A stretch of 64,000 nucleotides of DNA from Candidatus Latescibacterota bacterium (lineage in GTDB: Bacteria > Latescibacterota > UBA2968 > UBA8231). The notes beneath the pieces are model-generated. The model was not told the origin of the DNA. It was given only the letters and a program-made list of their open reading frames with translations, and did not search any database. The translations under genes were made by a program, and so were the position numbers. Below are positions 58,877-64,000 of this stretch, piece after piece (position 1 is the stretch's first letter; the number at the start of each line of letters is the position of its first letter). The stretch lies in contig OZ253462.1 in NCBI GenBank assembly GCA_965261395.1, positions 3,616,001 through 3,680,000 of the forward strand, read 5' to 3'.

Positions 58877-61749
58877 CGCGCCGCCTGTCTGCCCAGCCCG
58901 GGGAGTGGATTGACCGGACGCAGTCTATTGAATTTCGCTTTGAAGGCGAGGCGTTCAGCGGCTTTGCCGGCGATGTGATCACCAGTGCGCTGCTGGCCAA
59001 TGGCGTGCAGGTGATGGGGCGCAGCTTCAAGTACCACCGGCCGCGCGGGGCGTACAGCTTGGCCGGGCACGACGCCAACGCGCTGTTTACGGACGGGGAG
59101 CGCACGCATCTGCGCGGCGACTGCGAGCCGTTGACTGCGGGCATGGATCTGCGGGCCGTCAATGTGCTGGGCGGATTGAAGCGCGATCTGCTCCAGTGGC
59201 TGGAGCCTCTGGGCCGCTTCATGCCGGTGGGTTTTTACTACAAGGCATTTCACCGCCCCCGGTGGCTCTTTCCCTTTCACGAGCGGCTCATCCGCCAAAT
59301 AGCGGGCTTGGGCCAGATCAACCGCGACCAAGCGGCCACGGCTAGTCCCAAGGAATACGCTTGGTGCGACGTGCTGGTCGTGGGCGGTGGTGCGGCCGGG
59401 CTGGAGGCGGCAAGGGCTGCGGGAGAAGCTGGTGCTAGGGTCCTGTTGGTCGAGGAACAGGCGCGGTTGGGGGGAAGCTGGGCGTGGCAGCATGGGGGGA
59501 ACTGCGACGAGCTGGTCGAGGTGCTCGCTGGCTTGCCGAATGTCGAGATCCGCTGCGGAACGATGGCCGGCGGCCACTACGCCGACGGATGGGTTGCCCT
59601 GTTCGACGCGGTGCGGATGACCAAGGTGCGCGCTGCGGCCGTCGTCTATGCCAATGGCGCGATCGAGCAGCCCGCGGTCTTTGGGCACAACGACCTGCCG
59701 GGTGTGCTGCTCGGGTCGGCGGCCCAGCGGTTGGTGAAGTTGTACGCGGTCAAGCCGTGCGAGCGGATGGTTGTGCTAGCGGCCAATAGCGATGCGTATA
59801 GGATGGCGCTGGACATGCTCGACGCGGGGGTCGAGGTGGCGGCCATTGCCGATTTGCGCCCCAACGCGGCTCTGCCGGCCCTAGCCGAAAAAATTGCCGC
59901 CGCCGGAGTGCCGATCCACAGCGGTCACGCGGTCTATGCGGCGGTGCCCAATGGCCAGAAGAATGGGCTGCGCGCCGCCGTGGTGGCCCCTCTAGCCGCA
60001 GACGGCAGAATAGATGCCCAGCGCGGCAAAGAGATCGCCTGCGACGGCCTTGCCGCGTCGGTCGGTTGGATGCCCAACGCCGCGCTGCCCAGCCAAGCGG
60101 GGGTGCAATTCGCCTACGACGAGGCGCTGGAGCAGCTCGTGCCGCGGTCCTGTCCAGACGGGGTCTTTGTCGCCGGGCGTGTTCGCGGGGTGTACGAGCT
60201 AGACGCGCAGCGGGAAGACGGGCGGGTCGCCGGGCTTAGGGCCGCGCACTACGCCGGCCACGGCGATGGCGAGGTGCCCGCGCCTCTGCCGCCTGTGGGA
60301 GAAGCCCCTAGCCACAGCTATCCAATTTTCGCCCATCCGAGCAAAAAGGACTTCGTGGACTTCGACGAGGATTTGCACTTGACGGATTTCGTCAACGCGC
60401 ACCAAGAAGGCTACGACAGCGTCGAACTGCTCAAGCGCTACAGCACCGTGGGGATGGGGCCGAGCCAGGGCAAGCTATCCAACATGAACGCGATGCGGAT
60501 CTTGGCCAAACTCAACGGCGACACTATCGCCGCGACCGGTTCGACGACCGCCCGTCCCTTCTACCAGCCCGTGCCGTTGGGGCACTTGGCCGGCCGTCGC
60601 TTCCACCCGATGCGCCGGACGCCGATCCACGATTGGCATTGCGAGCACGGCGCGGTCTTTGCCCACGCCGGCGACTGGTATAGGCCCGAATACTATGCCC
60701 GCGGCGATGCCAGCCGCGATGAGTGCATCGTACAGGAGGCGCGGCAGGTGCGGGCTGGTCTGGGGATCATCGACGTGAGCACGCTGGGCAAATTGCAGGT
60801 CAGTGGCCCGGGCGCTGGTGAGCTACTTGAGCGCCTTTATACGAGCCGCTTCAAGAAGCTGATGATCGGCCGCTGCCGCTACGGCGTGGCACTCGACGAA
60901 AGCGGGGTCGTGATCGAGGACGGGGTGATTGCGCGGCTGGCCGAGGACCGCTTCTACGTCTCCACGACCAGCAGCGGCGCGGCGGCCTTTTACCGCGAAA
61001 TGCTGCGCTGGACCGCGATCTGGGGCTTGGACGTGACTTTGAGCAATGTCACGGGCCAACTGGCGGCGTTCAATTTGGCTGGCCCAGAAAGCCGCAAGGT
61101 GCTGGCGGAATTGACGGACATCGATCTGAGGTCGGGGCCTTTCTCCTATTTAAGGATGCGCGAGGGCGCGGTGGCCGGGGTGCGGGCAATGGTGATGCGA
61201 GTGGGTTTTGTCGGCGAACTGGGATACGAGATCCACGTGCCAGCTTGGGAAGGGGAGCACGTGTGGCGCACGCTGGCGGCGGCCGGTGCGCGCCCCTTTG
61301 GGGTGGAGGCGCAGCGCCTGTTGCGCTTGGAAAAAGGGCACTTGATCGTCGGCCACGATACGGACGCGCTGACCTATCCTCAAGAGGCGGGATTGGCGTG
61401 GACCATTGGCAAAAACAAGCGCTTCTTCGTCGGCCAGCGCAGCCTGCAAATCCACGCCGCGCGCCCCGCAAAGCGCACGCTCGTCGGCGTGCGGTGGCCC
61501 GCTGGTTTTGCCGGCAAGCTGCCCGAGGAGTGCAACTTGATCATGCGGGGCGGGTGGATTGCCGGTCGCATGACTAGCATCGCCCCGGTCTCGACGCTGG
61601 GTTATCCGCTGGGCTTGGCCTTTGTCGAAGCGGATATGGCCGCGCCCGGCACGCGGGTGGAAGTGCGCTTGGATGATGGTTCGACCAGCATGGCGGCGGT
61701 GACCGCGCTGCCCTTTTACGACCCCGAGGACGAGCGGCAGAAGCTGTGA
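58873..61749 (+). CDS. soxA: Sarcosine oxidase alpha-like subunit (GcvT-like C-terminus)
   Basis: GRSFKYHRPRG, LKRYSTVGMGPSQGK, DVSTLGK, GF.GELGYEI, LRLEKG. Confidence 0.92.
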   Translation: MTRRLSAQPGEWIDRTQSIEFRFEGEAFSGFAGDVITSALLANGVQVMGRSFKYHRPRGAYSLAGHDANALFTDGERTHLRGDCEPLTAGMDLRAVNVLGGLKRDLLQWLEPLGRFMPVGFYYKAFHRPRWLFPFHERLIRQIAGLGQINRDQAATASPKEYAWCDVLVVGGGAAGLEAARAAGEAGARVLLVEEQARLGGSWAWQHGGNCDELVEVLAGLPNVEIRCGTMAGGHYADGWVALFDAVRMTKVRAAAVVYANGAIEQPAVFGHNDLPGVLLGSAAQRLVKLYAVKPCERMVVLAANSDAYRMALDMLDAGVEVAAIADLRPNAALPALAEKIAAAGVPIHSGHAVYAAVPNGQKNGLRAAVVAPLAADGRIDAQRGKEIACDGLAASVGWMPNAALPSQAGVQFAYDEALEQLVPRSCPDGVFVAGRVRGVYELDAQREDGRVAGLRAAHYAGHGDGEVPAPLPPVGEAPSHSYPIFAHPSKKDFVDFDEDLHLTDFVNAHQEGYDSVELLKRYSTVGMGPSQGKLSNMNAMRILAKLNGDTIAATGSTTARPFYQPVPLGHLAGRRFHPMRRTPIHDWHCEHGAVFAHAGDWYRPEYYARGDASRDECIVQEARQVRAGLGIIDVSTLGKLQVSGPGAGELLERLYTSRFKKLMIGRCRYGVALDESGVVIEDGVIARLAEDRFYVSTTSSGAAAFYREMLRWTAIWGLDVTLSNVTGQLAAFNLAGPESRKVLAELTDIDLRSGPFSYLRMREGAVAGVRAMVMRVGFVGELGYEIHVPAWEGEHVWRTLAAAGARPFGVEAQRLLRLEKGHLIVGHDTDALTYPQEAGLAWTIGKNKRFFVGQRSLQIHAARPAKRTLVGVRWPAGFAGKLPEECNLIMRGGWIAGRMTSIAPVSTLGYPLGLAFVEADMAAPGTRVEVRLDDGSTSMAAVTALPFYDPEDERQKL

Positions 61750-61829
61750 GAGGCTAGATGCCGCTCGACATTGGCAAGCGCGTCCACAAAAAGTAAAGGC
61801 CCTGTCGTCAGTCAGTACAACAGGTCCTC

Positions 61830-63838
61830 TCAAAATGCCTTCTTCGCGCTCAGGCTCCAATGCCCCCCCTGGCGATCTAGTCTGCGGGTGTATTCTACAT
61901 TGAGATAATCGAGCAGGGTCAGCGATAGGCCGAGCTCGTGGTGGAGGAGTGTAGTTGGGTCCTCGGCGAGGTCCCAAACTCGGCCCGCGGCCCCGTGCAG
62001 TGCCCAGCCCAATCCCCAGCGCTGGGCGCGCCACCCCAGCCCCAGCCACTCAAAGAGGCCGGTCCGCCAGCGCTGTTCCCAGAAAAATCCCGCGTAGTGC
62101 CGGCCTGTGTATGGGCGGTTGCGCAGGGTTTTAAATGCGCCAAAGGGGGCGACGATCACCAGACCAGCATCTAGGGTCCCGTGGCGCTGAATCGGCACCT
62201 GACCAAGACCAGCACCGGCCTGGAGCCGATAGTTGGACTCGGCCGGCCAGAGCCTGCCCTGCGCTGGCTCGACGTGCCAGTCGAGCCGGGCATCTAGGCG
62301 GGCAAAACGGGCAAAGCTCCCCATCCATTTGTCGCTGTACTCGGCCGCGAGCCGGGTGCGATGCCGCGCCAGCGCGCGCCCAAATGCAGCGCATCAACGC
62401 GGTTGGTCCACAGCTCCGACGTGAGCTTGCCCCTGACCGCTGCCGGGATGTCTACTATGTGCAAGCCGAGGAACGTCAGGCTCGTGTCGAGGTGGACCCC
62501 GGTCGCTCCGGCGACGACATCGCGCAAGAGCTCGTCGTTGACCAAGCTTTTTCGCGCTAGCGGATCCTCCTCGATCGCGGCGGGCACCTCCTCGCCCACT
62601 CGCTGTTCGTGGAGCCGGTAGAGTGCGGCGACCGCCTGCTCGGCCAGCGGCTTGGATCCTTGTTGCAAGTCCGCAAAAGCCTGCGCTTCTCGGCGGGTCA
62701 AGGGCCACTCCGCCCGCCGTTTGTCTAGGAATTTGTCCCAGGTCGGCGAGTGCGGCTCGACCAAGAGCGCTTGTCCTACGGCGAACGCATAATCGACCGA
62801 TGGCGCGTCGAACTCATAGCCCCTGAGCCGGGTCCAGCCGCGCAACCGCGCCTGCGGCGTGGGCGCGCCGCGGAGGCGAAGGATGCGTTCGCCGCCGGTT
62901 GTTGTGCCCAACCGGCCTTCGATCTCGTATTCGGTCTCCACCGGCAACCAAGCTCCATGCGCGAAGCGGGCAAAGTGCTGCCGGAGCCGGTAGCCAAGCC
63001 CGTTCTCCGTCGCGAAACCAGCCGGATGCAGCCGGCGGTTCGGCCGCAGCTGCGCCTCCACTAGGGCATACTCGCCGTCTTGGACGACCAGCGCGCCCGT
63101 CCAACCGGCCAAGGCATTGGTTTTTGGCTGTATCGAGATGAAGTAGTGGTCGTCCTTGTGGTCGACCAGTTGGAAAGAGTAGTGCGCCAGTGCCTGCGGG
63201 TGCGTCGGCCCTAAGAAAATCTGCCCATGGAGCGCGATTTCGTCGTCGTAGAGGTTGAACAGATACTTCGCCGCGGCAAAGACCTGCATTGAAGCGTTCA
63301 CGTTGGCCGTGTGCTTTTTGGCCTTTAGCTGCTCGCGCAGTCCTTTGTCCCGATCCCGATACAGCTCGGCTAGGCTCTCGCGGATCGCCGCGATGTACTG
63401 ATTGCTGTAGAGGACCTGCCGCGTATGCGCCTCGACCCGGTAGCGGTGCCCCAGCGGTGCCCACGCGCGTTTGCGGCGGATCACTTCGCGCATGATGCGC
63501 ACCGCTGGGTCGTCGTCGTCAATAATCAGGCCCTCGATCTCGAGGGGTATCGGCTGCAAACGGAATTCCAGAGGGCCGGCCTCGGCCACCAGCAACGCGA
63601 CGGGCGCGTATCCTATGTGCGTCGCCCTGAGCGTCACCGGCAACGCATCTACCACCAGCCAAAAGCCCCCCCTGCCATCGCCGATAGTCCCCCACGCTTG
63701 GCCTACCACCTCGATGTTGGCCCGCGGCAGGGCTTCTCCCGTCTCCGCATCGCGCACTACGCCCTGTACCACGACCTCGGCCTGGGAATCAGCCGCGCAG
63801 TATCCCAAGAGAAAGAAGGCAAACCAGACTATTGACAT
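61830..63838 (-). pseudogene. Carboxypeptidase-regulatory-domain / DUF5686-like outer-membrane protein, frame disrupted near 62365
   Basis: Signal peptide; G.V.DAETGE.LP.ANI...IGY; NRVD.LHLG; barrel-like C-terminus ending in F lies in another frame. Confidence 0.7.
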
Positions 63839-64000
63839 GACCCTATTGGCGGAAACATACGTTGGAACGACTAAGTATAAAGGCAAAGGTTCCAAACGCG
63901 CACTCCCCATATATTGTCTCCGTGGGCCTGCTTGCTTTAGCTGGCAGGGGGATGGGAGTGGTTTTTCTAACGGGGCCGAAGTGCTCCTTGAAGAAAAGCC

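Overview
GC-rich bacterial chromosome segment. FlgD/PNPFN C-terminal domains, a PhyH enzyme and an LRR protein suggest an FCB-group lineage such as Latescibacterota or Gemmatimonadota, possibly host-associated; this is inference only. From left to right: (1) a mobile region with an IS1-type transposase, an IS903-like IS, a duplicated 203-bp small-gene module and a fused antitoxin; (2) an RlmI-like methyltransferase and a small catabolic cluster with a repeated promoter; (3) an LRR surface-protein gene broken by one nonsense change; (4) a housekeeping run: HD hydrolase, ndk, yceD, rpmF, fabHDG, acpP, fabF, rnc, lipoate ligase, peptide ABC ATPases, PPIase, nadK; (5) small AT-rich inserts, a PQQ-type dehydrogenase, a TonB-dependent receptor and a HAD hydrolase; (6) an N-methylglutamate methylamine operon (glxBCD, glnT, soxB/D/A-like) interrupted by three co-oriented defence-type inserts. 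The best novelty candidate is the tightly coupled six-gene AT-rich operon at 43428-52781: PD-(D/E)XK nuclease-like, SNF2 helicase, ParB-like, B12/radical SAM, GHKL ATPase, second ParB-like. It has no classical methyltransferase and is disrupted by nested IS1595/IS5 elements. A second unusual signal is that three separate gene insertions each carry, on their left side, a decayed copy of the gene end that lies intact on their right side. I saw no rRNA, tRNA or CRISPR array. All protein family calls come from motif recognition; no database search was run.
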